A stretch of 59,879 bases of DNA, the filler included, from Bipalium vagum (Eukaryota), in assembly GCA_037834085.1 (NCBI GenBank). It is 3 parts of 3 records of this genome, joined end to end, with 100 filler letters (N's around TTAATTAATTAA, not from the genome) between each part and the next. Parts side by side here need not be neighbours in the genome. Positions count along the whole stretch, not along the records: positions 1 to 20,090 come from JBBMKC010260580.1; positions 20,191 to 42,770 come from JBBMKC010219465.1; 1 more part is not named here. One strand, 5' to 3'. The notes under the pieces are model-generated. The model saw only the letters and a program-made list of their open reading frames with translations. It did no database searches and was not told where the DNA came from. Below are positions 12,590 through 25,128 of this stretch, piece by piece. How positions within the stretch are numbered: the stretch's first letter is position 1; the number at the start of each line of letters is the position of its first letter. The translations under genes were made by a program, and so were the position numbers.

Positions 12590-14180
12590 TGGGGACTCCC
12601 AGGCAAAGGGCTACCAGGAAAGAAGAAACAAAATTAACTTTTGAACATTTTTGTGATTTTGTGATTCAAACTAATTCTTATTGTTGTGATCCCAATTTTA
12701 TTGTAAAAAACATTTTTATTTATACAATCCGTGTGTGTACAGAAACCTTTTATCTTTGCATGCGATTTATTATTAAATGACGAGTTCCGAAAAGTGAAAT
12801 TATAAATAAAAAAAATAATAATATAAAATAAATAAATAGAATAATAAGAAAATATAATAAGAAAAAATGTATATAAATTTAAAAAATACTAAATTTAGAA
12901 TAAGTAATAAAAATAATTACTTAAAATAAAAATAATTGCTTGAAATAAAAATAATTTAAAAAGTATAATTAGTAATTAAGAATTACTAATAATAATTTAA
13001 AAAGAAATTTAGAAATATAAATTAAGTCGCTGACAATTACGAGAACGACAACAAGAATTTTTAAAAAGCGACAAGACATTCCTCTGAGAGCAGCAGAAGA
13101 AAAATTTGATCTATTTAGATAAAATTAAATTATCTACAGCCACAACAATAATATATCGGATATCCTACCAGCCGTCAGATCAACCTGAAATCAGATATTC
13201 AGACACATTCAAGCGACTATAAAACCAGTTGAAAAAACGTTCGAAAAAAGAAGAAAAGAGGAAAAAACAAAACAATTCAAATCGTGTTCATCAACGATCA
13301 GGATCTCAAGGACATCAATATTTTGCCACAGAGCATAACAAGAACAACTGCACAGAGCCGACGACGAACAAGAACCTACTATTAAATAAGGATACCAGTA
13401 TCTCGCCGCTGATCAGATCAAAACCATCCTATTCAACATCAGGAGAAGGAGCCAAAGAGTAACAATATTCACTGCAAATCATTCAGTCATATCCGAACTG
13501 TTGTACGGATAACGGAGCCATCTAAGAAAGGAACCTTTATTTAAAGTTATTTTGTATGTTTTTAAATTTTATCAATTCAATTTGACTACAGATTGAAAAT
13601 TGTAAATATTTAATAATTGTAACCTCTTTAAAATCACATCTGAAATTAACAATTGGATAGCTTCCTAATTGTTATTTCATCATCAAAATCTTTTTTTATT
13701 ATCTCTCCTTTTAAACTTTTTTGCTTCCTCTACGTCAAGTACGGCGGAGGAGCGCATTTTAAATACCGAGGGATCTTTTAGCAAGGATTGCAAAGAGCAC
13801 ATCATAATCTTTTATGGGACTTATCATTAATAATTGTTTTATTGTTTTGAAATTTGATTTTGTTCTATAAAGAGTTTTGAATCGTTAAAAAATAAAAGTA
13901 TTTATAAAAAATTAAATTGTTTTGATTTGACTAAGTGAAACAAGTTTTTATATTTTTATCATCACGTTTATAATCTGTTTATATTTTTTGATCGCACATT
14001 CATAACCATTACCAAGTCGATTTAAAATAAACATATTCATAACGCAACCTTTTATAAAATCTGAACGTTACACTCTGTAAAATCCTTCTGATTTTAATAC
14101 GAGCCCCGTTAAGTTTCTGAAAGACAATTAAAAAATTGAAATTAATTAAACTATTACATTTATAACCCCAAAACTTAACA
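12590..14180 (+). repeat. Dispersed non-coding repeat, copy 1 (LTR-like, ends ...cttaaca)
   Basis: Blocks ggggactcccaggcaaa, gcaaagag..gacttatcattaataa and gaacgttacactct..aaaatccttctgat.ttaatacgagc recur in reverse orientation at 28181-29410. Left boundary uncertain. Confidence 0.65.
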
Positions 14181-14760
14181 ATAGATTCACAGTTTAGATT
14201 TTGAATTATGAATAAATTTCAATTTGTATTCGTTGTGATAAATTTAAAATAAAGTTTTATTCGTGGTGGTTTGATTTATTTTTGTTTTAAATTCGAAAAA
14301 CGAGCACAACACATTAAAGTGAGTTGTTGATATACTAATGCAAGTTACTATTAAGGTATAATAATAATAATGTATAATTTAAATAATTATTTTATTTATT
14401 TAAAAACATTTTTACTTTGAAAATTGATATCAATTGTTTTAAGAACTTAAGTTCCATTCTAATCCTGAACATAAAAATAAAAACTAAAATCACATTTTTA
14501 ATTCCTTTTTATCACATTCAACAATTTAAAATAATTTCTGAAGATTAAGATGGAAATCATAAAATTAAAATCAATGGAATTTTTATAATTCTTAATCCTA
14601 TAAATTTTAATATTTTCAATTACTAAAATTAATTTAAAATCAAAAGATCTAACTAAATTAACCTTTTATTAAATTGGTAAAAGATTATTTAGAAAAATAA
14701 AAATCATAAATATATATTCAATTCAATAAAAATTTGTTTGTTTATGTTAGCTGTTACATA

Positions 14761-15566
14761 ATGGATGAAAATTTAATTATTAAGTCCTATTGGGAAATAT
14801 GTGGATTTAATCAAGTACTAACATATTTTATTAGTCAGACTTATAGTTCTTTAGGAAGATATCAACAAATTTATTGAAGAAACCTCAATTAATAATAATG
14901 AAAGATACTTAATTAAAGTAAGATATTTCAAAAGAAGTGTAATTTCAGTTTTCCATTCAATTGTAAATCAATATAATAATTTTGATAAATATAATAATGT
15001 TTGTTTATGCAATTTAATTTTTCAGGAACATGAAACAGTTAATCATACGGAAAATGTCGCAGATGATATTTTATTAAAGGTTTATTTATTTAGTTCCACT
15101 AAACTTTCATAACCATAATTATTGTTTAGGAAAATGTTTTAGGTGAAGAAATGAATTTTCAAGAAATTCTTAAATGTGAAACCACTATTAAAGATGTCTT
15201 ATTGTATTTTTGTGTTTACGGATTATTATTTTCATTTGTTTTAATCTAGACCTTCCAAGATGCTGAAATCTAGCAAGATCTCATCCACAGATATTCTGAA
15301 GCTAGATTGCTTATTTAACAAATATTTCGAAATGGGCAAGAATAACTCTAATTCGACTTTTACGCTGGACAGTCAGAATGATTTAAACTGGGAGGGAGCA
15401 AAAGAATTGTCAGCAGTTTGGTCAAAGGCAGGTTATCACACTGGAGTCGTTTATGTAAGAATTGTTTTGATGAATTAAAAATATATCATTGAATAACCAG
15501 GGTATGTTAAATGGAACACACAATGAAGAGTCAGTACAGATGGAGTTATCAAAGTTGTGTCTATAA
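14761..15566 (+). CDS. smn: Divergent SMN-like (survival motor neuron) protein, 171 aa, 6 exons, no Tudor domain
   Basis: Exons 14761-14814, 14855-14917, 15026-15079, 15130-15203, 15250-15454 and 15501-15566 are all GT-AG and give one open frame. The N-terminus MDENLIIKSYW resembles SMN WDDTALIKAYD. The C-terminal WSKAGYHTGVVYG resembles the YG-box WYMSGYHTGYYMG. Two phase-0 introns sit at positions equivalent to human SMN1 K51| and M278|G279. Confidence 0.75.
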
Positions 15567-15687
15567 AATACAAAAGTGGACTGTGATATTTGTTTGTAAA
15601 TATGTTTTTAAATAAAAATCACGTAAAACAAAAGCGTAAATTATATTGTACATAAAAATACAGAAAAAACAAACAATTAATCGCGTT

Positions 15688-15973
15688 CTATGATCGTGTT
15701 TCTTGACTGCGGAACTCAGATTTTAGGCGAACAAACTCTCGGGCCACCTCATCATTGGTTCGCTGACTTAGAATTCTGAGAATTGTGCATCCAGTGTCAT
15801 CGATATGCAGCTTTGCACCGATGCTGCACCAGCATGCGCAACATGATTGGCTGAGTACATCTCGCAGTTGCAGAACTGTCAGTCCGATAAGCGAGTCCAG
15901 CCGACCGAAGCAGTAATCCTTTGCGCATATATGCAGCTCGTAATTGTCCGGATCCTCGTCCGAGCTTATGAGG
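15688..15973 (-). CDS. unc-13: UNC-13/Munc13, last coding exon (C2C domain end and C-terminus)
   Basis: [26 protein letters not shown]...[34 protein letters not shown] matches Munc13 YELQVCVKDYCFARED...[30 protein letters not shown]. Branch point ctaac and aaag acceptor at 15974. Confidence 0.95.
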
Positions 15974-17000
15974 CTTTGAATGAAATTAGTTAGGATCATG
16001 TAATGATTTTGTTCAAAAATATGGTTGTGACGTACGGAGATGATTTCTTTTAAAATGTTTGCACGGATCTTATTTTGGATTTAACACAGATATTGATTAG
16101 TGTAATACAAAATTCTGTATGGAAAAATATTTTTAGGTTTCTATTTATTATTAAATTCATTTTGTTGGTTTTCTATTATTTCGGATTTGTTTTATAATAT
16201 AAGAACTTGAATAAATATTTTAAGGTAAAAACGATCGAAAATTGAAAAAATTATCTGATTACGCTTTTTTAAATATACAAATATTTGGTATATTCAAAAT
16301 AAGTTATGTACTTCAGAACAAAAATATTAAGGAAGATTGTTTTCCAGATTTTCTTTTCAAGTTGTAGTCTCGGGTATCCTAATGAAAGATATTAAATTTT
16401 TCTGAAATTTATTTATTGGTTATTCTGAGTAAATGTTGATGTAATGAATATTGAATCAATAATTTTAAATGAACTCTAAGTATGAAAAATTAATTTTCTT
16501 CGCATTCATTAACATAATCAAACTTTTCAATAAATATTTTAGAAAAAAATTTAAGAAATATTTTTATCTAATGTATTGAGTTATCATTGAATAGTATTAT
16601 TTTTTAGGTCACAATTTTTATAAATAGGTAGAGTACATTTTATTTTAATTCTGATTAATTTAAATAAAATTTATTTAATTTCATTATTAATAAATTCCAA
16701 AGAAGCATTCAATAAACTATTTTGGTCTCAAAAATTGTCATTACATAAAAAAAAATCAATTAAAATGAAAAACATTTACTGATTAAAATCTGAAGTTGTA
16801 AGTGGTTTTGTTTGTTTAGTAAGAGCCTGTAGAGTTTTTGAAGAAATTTTATGTGATCAAAGCAAATATAATAAAAAAGAAAATTAAACGAAATGTTTTA
16901 AAATTAAAAACAAGTTTTTGAAAATAAAAATAAATGGAAATCAATTAAATACCAAGAAAGAATTTAATAAAATAATGCAACTTGAAATTATTTTACTTAC

Positions 17001-17740
17001 AATGTAAAAGTTTCGTTAAATTTTGGCGACCAGTTATTTGATTTGGTCTTTGTAGCAAACTTCCTGACTTTATCCTTCAAGGAAGGGCCAATTAAAACAA
17101 TTTCAATGAATGGTCTAAACATATTTGTGGTATTCCATTTTAATTCATTTGCAGCGACAACTAAAACGAAAACAATGAACATCTTCCTTGTTATTAATAA
17201 CCTTTCACAGTGACTTTATATTCGCCAGTATTGGGATGCTTCATAATATCTACCTGAATGGAAACTTCCCCAACTTGTTCTTCCACTGCTGGTTTATCTA
17301 AATAGTTACTCATGTTTACATGCTAATACTTTTTAGAGAAACAGGCGAAACCCAACCTTGGGATGTTTGAGTGCTAACAAAATTCTTTATCAAAGTATCT
17401 GTGGTCTCAGTATAGAGAGATAATGCGTATCTCAATGACTGCAATTCTGGACTTTTATCTAAATAGCTTTTCTTAAGTCCGATTCCTCCAGCATGAAAAT
17501 ATGTCTTGATTGTATCTAAGGCTACGTCAATAACTTGACACTGTCTGGGAGTTAAATTTTTTTCAACATCTTTGGACATATCCTGTTGACGTCATTAAAA
17601 TTAAAGGCATTGAAAACCCAAAAAAAAACTTGTAAAAAGTTGTTTGAAGGCATTTGATTACTAACATGATTGATGATGCTTTGGGACATTCCAACAATTT
17701 TAGCTTGAGCGTTAGTTGAAATATTAAGATTTAAGAATAG
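17001..17740 (-). CDS. unc-13: UNC-13/Munc13 exons 17630-17740, 17357-17582, 17202-17297, 17001-17160 (MUN/MHD2 end and C2C)
   Basis: LFLNLNIS...NNFLQ | [33 protein letters not shown]...[12 protein letters not shown] | [29 protein letters not shown] | [16 protein letters not shown]...[19 protein letters not shown]. Introns of 47, 59 and 41 nt with consistent phases. Upstream exons not found in the window. Confidence 0.93.
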
Positions 17741-18693
17741 CTTAAACAGAAGAGAAATGTCTTTTATATTTCAATATAACATAAAAATAAAAAATTTTTA
17801 AAAATACGTAATAAAATTCAATGTTAATTTAGTTTTAAGCACCACTGAAGTTTAATATATACAATAAAATTTCTCTGTTCAGAAGTAGATTGATTTTAAG
17901 AAAGGAAAACCTCTTCGAAAATTTGCTTCTTTTAAATAATAACATGAAAATTAATTTAAACAATTTCTTAAGTATGAATGAGTAATTTTAAAATATTTCT
18001 GAGGCTATTTAAACAATTTAATTTTATAAAAAATTATATAAGCAAATTAGTCTGAAGAAGTGTATTATTTGTGAAAATCTTTGTTCTTTGAGATTTAAGT
18101 GTAAGGTAGCATAATAATTATGACTATACTATAGTATATCCCTGGTTTTATTTTTGGAAATGTTTTTAACTTGGGATAGATATAAAGTTATATATTCATA
18201 AAAGTACCTAAAAATCAATATTAAAAAAGTTATCATGCCTGAGATTAAAGATCAAAGAACTGTTGAAAGAGTTAATTCAATACAAAGGTCAACTTCAATA
18301 ATAATTCATTAAAACCATATATAAATTATTGGTTGGAAACAAAATAATTCCGATGGCAAATGATATCCTTTTCATAGGCTTCATTGATACATCATTCTTA
18401 TTGATCACTATTTAGGCCCAACTTGAAATCGTACATCAACAATATGCGTTGATCTTTATGCCAGATATTCATTCTGTCGGCCATTATCATATTGTAAATA
18501 GCGCTTAAATGTAGTAAATATTTAAACAACAAAAAATAAAAATATCAAAATGTTACTTATATAATACCTTTACAGAAATGAATAAATATTAAGCAAATAA
18601 TTTTGCATTTTCCTTGTTTTCAACCAAATAGTATAAAATATTTATATAATAAAAACTATATATAAATAGTGTTAACATTATTATATTGGTAGT

Positions 18694-19835
18694 ATTAGGT
18701 CTATGAACAAGTTTTATTATTTTTTAAAAAGTCTAATAATTAATTATTTATACAATAAAGGTTTAAAAAATAGATAAACGATAAACGGCCCATTATTGTC
18801 TATCGCTGTTTGTCAATTTCAGATAATTGAGGAATTCCAGAACGATAGAAAGTTTTAAGTTTTGTAGCAAGAAAATTATCAAAAAATTCTCATATCTCTG
18901 AAACATTTTTGAACTGAAATCCGGCCAAAAAATCTTGAATTGAACAAAACAGATGATAATCTGTAGGAGTTAGGTCCGGAAAGTAACCCACATAGAACTT
19001 CTCACCCTAATTATAAAATTGTTTCTTACGTATTCTTAGGCACATGTGGTCTGGCATTATCATGCAGCAAAAAAATCTTATGCGACTCTTGCCCGAAAAA
19101 GTCTTTTTCCTCTGTTCTTTCAAACAAATTTTACTTTAACATTCGGCATTAATAGTTTCACTTATTTGAAAGGCCTCATAACGAATAAGACCTATCATAT
19201 CCCACCATATGCAAAATAACTTTTTTGTGATGAATGTGTTCTTTTGCGATCGAGGTAGTGGGCATACGAGTGTCACCTAAGATTGTCTGCGCTAAGATTA
19301 TCATCAATTTTTCGTCTGCAACAATAAAATAGCATAATAAGTCTTTTCTTAGCCTATTGATAAGCGACGCTCATATTGTTAACCGGTATAAAAGATTGCT
19401 TTCTAACAAAAAATGTCCAGGCTTCTGAACTTTTATTATTTTGTGTAACCGTCTGATAATAGTTGATTGGGTGATTTTCATTTGTTTGGTTAGCTCTTCA
19501 TGAGCCAAAGCAGTATTTTTACTCGGTTAACATCACGTGCGTTGCTTCTAACTAGGGTCAGAAAAGACAATGGAATATTTTCTTTTCAAGTTTTCATTCT
19601 TTCGAAGAAAAGAGTAAACTGATTTAAATGAATTAGCAACATTTTTGCCCTTCTTTAACTCACTAATGTAGTATTGAATGTATGCTTTTGTCATTCGTTT
19701 TCAACGATATTTTTGATATTATATAAAAAATTATATTACATTAAACATTTCATAAATTTTAATTTGGGTAGAATTGTTAGATTAATATTTGGATTAGTTA
19801 AATGATGCGCGTAAAAAGACAAGTTATTATTAATA
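18694..19835 (-). mobile_element. Decayed mariner element
   Basis: Minus-strand HDNARPH (19040-19065) and YFPDLTPTDY (18955-18990); tattaggtc TIR-like start at ~18694. Confidence 0.75.
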
Positions 19836-19839
19836 ATAT

Positions 19840-19915
19840 TAGGTCATTCAGAAAATAATAGCTCATTTTGGAAGCTTTAATTATTAAAAAAGGCCATTAC
19901 TTTTCGAATGACCTA
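19840..19915. mobile_element. ~76-bp mini-element made almost only of two mariner-type TIRs
   Basis: taggtcattcagaaaataatagc ... ggccattacttttcgaatgaccta form inverted termini. Confidence 0.55.
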
Positions 19916-20030
19916 CCCTAAAATCCCGTTTATAATGCGCACCTGTGCATAACACGCTGCTTCATTTTCAACCAAAAATTTTATTCTAATTTTTGTTGTA
20001 AAACACGCACCCGTGTATAACACGCATATT
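19916..20030. mobile_element. pogo/Tigger-type terminal fragment
   Basis: aaaatcccgtttataatgcgcacc and repeated gtgtataacacgca subterminal motifs resemble pogo/Tigger ends. Confidence 0.4.
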
Positions 20031-20090
20031 TGTTTTAATATTATATGTTTGTTTCATTTTCAAATTAGTCTAACTTTTTAGAATTCTTAA

Positions 20091-20190
20091 NNNNNNNNNN
20101 NNNNNNNNNNNNNNNNNNNNNNNNNNNNNNNNNNTTAATTAATTAANNNNNNNNNNNNNNNNNNNNNNNNNNNNNNNNNNNNNNNNNNNN
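20091..20190. other. Assembly gap with artificial six-frame-stop linker
   Basis: 44 N + ttaattaattaa + 44 N. Confidence 0.95.
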
Positions 20191-21313
20191 AAAATTTTTA
20201 AAAAAATTGTTTACATTGATTAGAATTGACATTTTAAGGGTGGTCAAAAAATTTGCTCATCACTATAGATCAGGCTACCATCCTCAAATTATATAATTCA
20301 TTACCTACACGCATCCATGACTATATTATAGTTCATGGTGGTCATACACGTTATTAATTTTGGATATACTTTTTTGTATTAAATAAAATCAATTATAATT
20401 AATTTTGGCCACAAGTATACTTTAGAAGTTTTAATAATATTTCATATTTTTGAAGCTAGTTAATTCCAAATAAACAATGGAAAATTTCATTTATGTCAAT
20501 AATTTCTACTACTGAAAAAATTCACAAGTCACATTAAAAGTTTACGAACTAAATGATTGAAGTGATTTATTTAATATTTTCTAATATAATCAAATTATGG
20601 CAAATTATTTGTTGAAGTTAATTTGGGAAAATCAATAAAATATTTTTGTTCTGATATTTTAATTTAACTATTTTTTTAATTAGCATAGTGAAACTAACTA
20701 TTATAGAAATGATATATGTTATCGTAAATCCTATGCTGTTTAGACACTTGGAAAATATGACTTACAAAAATTTAAATTCTTAATTGATAATTATATAATT
20801 ATATATAAAAGTTATAATTTTTCATGATCATAGTGAATTTTTAAGGCAGCTGTTAAACATTTAAGCAAATATATTTGGCAACTTATTTATAGGTTATTTC
20901 ATTTTCACATAAATTTCGTCTTAATTGATGTGTATCAAAAGGATTAGTTTCAGTAGATATACCCCCTTGTTAAAAATAACTAATTTAATCAATTTACTAA
21001 TAAAATATCAATAAAATTTAATCATATCGAAATTTTAAAGCATTTTAAAATGAACCAAATAATAATAAATAATTCATAATATAATTAATTAATTATCAAT
21101 GTTAACTTGCAAATTATTCTTTTCGTTGAATCAAAATGCATAAAATTCCTCTAAAATAAAAATTGTTACCTAAATTGGATTGTTTTTGTAACTTTTTAAC
21201 AAAGGTTAGAAACACAAAACAAGTTTTAGATGTTCAGTAAAAAAATTGCAGAAAAGCAATTTTAATTAAGAAAGATAATTTTTTACAATTTTAAATTAAA
21301 ATATTCTAAGTGT

Positions 21314-21412
21314 ATGCTTCTAGTATATTTTTGGTTGATAATAGTATCAATGAAGTTCATTATTAAATTAACAGAAACAATTTGCTCCATAAAGCAGCAA
21401 TTTCATGAGATT
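21314..21412 (+). CDS. Candidate first (signal-peptide) exon of the DSL-Ig receptor gene
   Basis: ATG, then hydrophobic MLLVYFWLIIVSMKFIIKLTET..., then a phase-0 gtaact donor compatible with the phase-0 acceptor at 25129. Inference only. Confidence 0.25.
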
Positions 21413-21894
21413 GTAACTGAAAACATTTACAGAATTAATAAAATAGCATATGAGGCCTAGAATAATAACTGTTGGGAAAGTCACAATAATATCTATGGAA
21501 AAGATTCGGTACATCACTCAGATGCGGAAACAGCGATTCATACAAACACCATAAAATGTTTGTGAAATTGGCTCAAATTACAACTAAGGCTTAGAAATAA
21601 TACAAAAAATGAGTCGATAAAGAAAATTTAATTGAATTTATTTTGAGGAGTCAATAAAAATACATATGAGAATCATTTAAGAGCGTTTTTAGTTTAATGT
21701 TAAAATTAAAAATATTGAAATTAGTTAAATTTCTTAATTAATTTAATTAAAATAGATAAACAAATGATATAACCTTCAAAATGGGGATATTTTTCACCAA
21801 ATTTCAACCTTGTCAATGATAATGACACGATAATTAAGTTTTTAATTACACTGTACATTAGTGATGATGATTTTTATGAATTCACAGTAAATAT

Positions 21895-22930
21895 GATGTT
21901 GGATGACCTAAAATGCTTCCACCGTTTTTTAAAATAAAAACAAACAAGTTTTTTCACATAAAAAATATACTTTATTAAATCAAATATGTTCCTTTTTGTT
22001 CTATAACATTTCTCCATTTATATAATAAAACCATAATTCCATCATTGTAAAATTTCTGAGATTTCTGATTGAAAAACATACAATATGCTTTTCTCGATCT
22101 TTTGAAGCAAATGTAACTCCATTAAGAAAGTTCTGTAGATAGCGAAAGAAATGGTATTTCGATGGTACCAGATTCAGGGTCGTAACTTCTCAATCAGATT
22201 ATCCAAATTTTTTATGTCATAAGAGGTGTATATGCTCGTGCTTTGTCCTGGTGGAACACATTGCCTTTTCTGTTGACTAATACTGGTCGCTTCTTTTGAA
22301 TCGATCGATTTAAAGTTGTTAATTGCACACAGTAGAATGCGGAATCAATTTTTTGGTCAGGTTCTAGGAGCTCAAAAATGCACGTTTTCTTTCCAATCTC
22401 ATCATATGGACATCATTAACTTTTTTGGAGTTAACCTTAGATTTTGTGGATTTTCACCGCTTTTTAATAGTAGTTTTTCTTCATGTTTTTGTCATATCTT
22501 ATCCATTTTTCATTATCTGTTAAGAAGTGATTCCATTTCATGATGTTTCAATAAATTTTAACAGACGGAAATGTAGTCACTTAAGTTTTGTCCCTATAAG
22601 TTATGAGGCACCAAATATCGAGCTTCTTTTTGTATCAGAGCTTTTCTAAATATTTTAATATAGTTTTTTGACAAATTCTAAGAGATTCTGTAATTTCATA
22701 ACTGCTTAAATGCTGATCTTTTTGAATTATTTTTCTGTATTTCGACGTTCTTATCTGCTATTCCATATCAAGGTACATCTGTCACATCGAGGTTGCCACT
22801 TCAAAACCGATCAAACTATTCACGGGCTACTCTCTGATACAATTTTAGCTTCATACAGAACACATATATTTTTGGCGGCTTGCGTTACATTTTTCCATTC
22901 AGGAAATAAATTTTAAGAATACCTAATTTC
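21895..22930 (-). mobile_element. Decayed mariner element
   Basis: Minus-strand FHQDKARA, DPESGTI/KYHFFRYLQNFLNG and PKKLMMSI-like mariner motifs with many stops. Confidence 0.65.
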
Positions 22931-23099
22931 TTACTTGTTTTGAATTTTTTGAGACAATTATTTAGTTTATTAAAATAATTGATATTAAGGATTTTTTTTC
23001 GAATAATTAAAATTAAGTAATTGATTCTATATTAATATTAATTAATTAATAATATTAATATTAATTAATAATATTGAATTTTGATATTACAGATTGCTT

Positions 23100-23620
23100 G
23101 TGATTTAACTTAACAGGACAGTGTACTCTTCCCACAGGACAAAATCTGTTCAGGACTAGTGTTGCGCTCGTGCACTCATTTCTCTAGAATTAAATCTAGA
23201 TAGAATTCTGTATTCAGTTTTGCTTCTTTAGGTATGAAAATGGTCAGTTTTCCCATCAATGCAAAGTTCTAACCAAACCATGACTGATTCACCCCATTAT
23301 AGTTTTCCTATAAATCCTTCTTTATTGCATGTGTCCTTGATAGAAACTGCAGAGGCATTTTGAGATACGGAGAGCGATTTTCCGGCACTTCATCATATAT
23401 TTTTTTCGGAGCAGTGGGTTTCGAATCACTTTGCCTGTTTGTTTATTTCTAATTCAGCATGTGCTTTCTTTTCGCGTTTTTGTTTTTTACATCGATTTAC
23501 TATTCTTGACACTGATGGTTCTATCATTTTGAGGCTTTTTGCAATGATCGATGTGGTCTTTCAATTTCAAACATTTTCTAAAATTAAGTTTCACGTTATC
23601 TTACTACCCCTACTGTCTAA
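23100..23620 (-). mobile_element. Tc1/Tc3-like transposase remnant
   Basis: Minus-strand GESVMVW..IDGK and a PEQILSCG (DLNPIE-like) region; heavily decayed. Confidence 0.45.
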
Positions 23621-23779
23621 AATATTAAATTTTTATAAAATTAGCAATAAAATTTGAATCAATACAAAATTAAATTCTTGGAAATAAATATGACTATTTT
23701 AAGAAAAAAAGCGTAGTATATATTGGATAACATGAAAATTCTAGTTACGCATAATCTACTGTTGTATATTATAAAATTT

Positions 23780-24900
23780 ATTTATGGTGTGTTTTAAATT
23801 TACCTGTTTTGGTTAACTGATTGAAATTGTCAATTTTCTCAGAAATTGCGTGGCAAAGCTACATAAATGTCTTCATCATTCGCTAAGAAATATAAAGATT
23901 TTATTACTACTTGTGGGAATAAAGCCCCATCATATACCACAGTCGCTTCATGGACTAAGCGGTTTCGAAAGGGCAGCAGGACATTAAATTCAACTTGCAT
24001 CCGTGTCGTCTTTTAGCCGTGGTAACGTCTGAAGATGTCAGGCCATATTCATAAACTATCATTTAAAATCCTTTTATTACCATCAATGATATTGAAGACA
24101 TAATTGACACTGGAATTGCAAGCATCCATAAAATACTGCAGTCAGTTACGACTTAGGAAGTTTTTTTCTGGCCCGTACGGTATTTGCTAACAGAGTCGCG
24201 AAAAGAGGAACTAATTTAATTTATCGATTATTGCTTAGTGGTTTCCGAAAATGAACAAAACTTCAATTATTCAAAGAGCCACAGGTGATGAAACTTAGGT
24301 ATATTATTTTGAACCCAAAAGAAATCAGCAAATAAGGTCTGAATTGCTGAAGGAAATCATCTCAGGTGGAAAATCAGGATAAAACACAGTTTAATGTTCT
24401 ATATGCAATATTTTTAAAATTTGATGGTACAAATTAAAACTTCTGGGAAAACAGTTACTGGCAATTATTATTGCAATACTGTTCTAACCTATGTGAAAGA
24501 TATGCATGCCGAAAAGTATCCAAAGGATCCGTTTCACCCTCATTATGATTAACCGCTGACTCATTATTTACAAATTATAGTGGATTTCTTGGAACACCAG
24601 GAAATATTTTTGATCTTTTACCTTCCTTGCAGTACTAATCTAGCTCCATGTGATTTTTCGTTACTTAGTAGACTTATAAATCACCTTCCAGGTATAGATA
24701 TGAAGGTTGAAGTCAGTTTTTAACAGTTATATACCAGTATTTAAAACGTGTACCTAAAGAAGATATTGTTTATTACTAAGAAAAATGGAATGATGTTTAA
24801 TAATTATAAATTCTGCTGGGGACTACTTTGAAAAAATGTAACAACTGTTTTAACTGTACTATGAATTTACATTTATTTTATTATTATTAAATTTTAGCAA
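23780..24900 (+). mobile_element. Decayed mariner element
   Basis: TGDET*VYYFEP (~24280), PCSTNLAPCDF (~24625) and GDYFEK (~24820). Confidence 0.8.
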
Positions 24901-25128
24901 GTGTGTGACAAAACTATAGCTTCCAATAATTTTCACTTCTAAATTTTTAGAATAAAAATTTTGATAAAGTGAAGGATGTTTAGAAAATTTTAATTATTCC
25001 GTTGAAAATAGAAAATTATTTTACATATTCATTTTCATATAATAATAATTTTGAATACTTATGAAGATTTATTTCTATTATTTTTTTGTTATCTTTTGAA
25101 AAATTTTTTAATTCACTTACGGTTTTAG

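Noticed and set aside
20135-20146. TTAATTAATTAA palindrome, repeated at 42815-42826
   Set aside because: Sits within N runs; an artificial six-frame-stop scaffolding linker.
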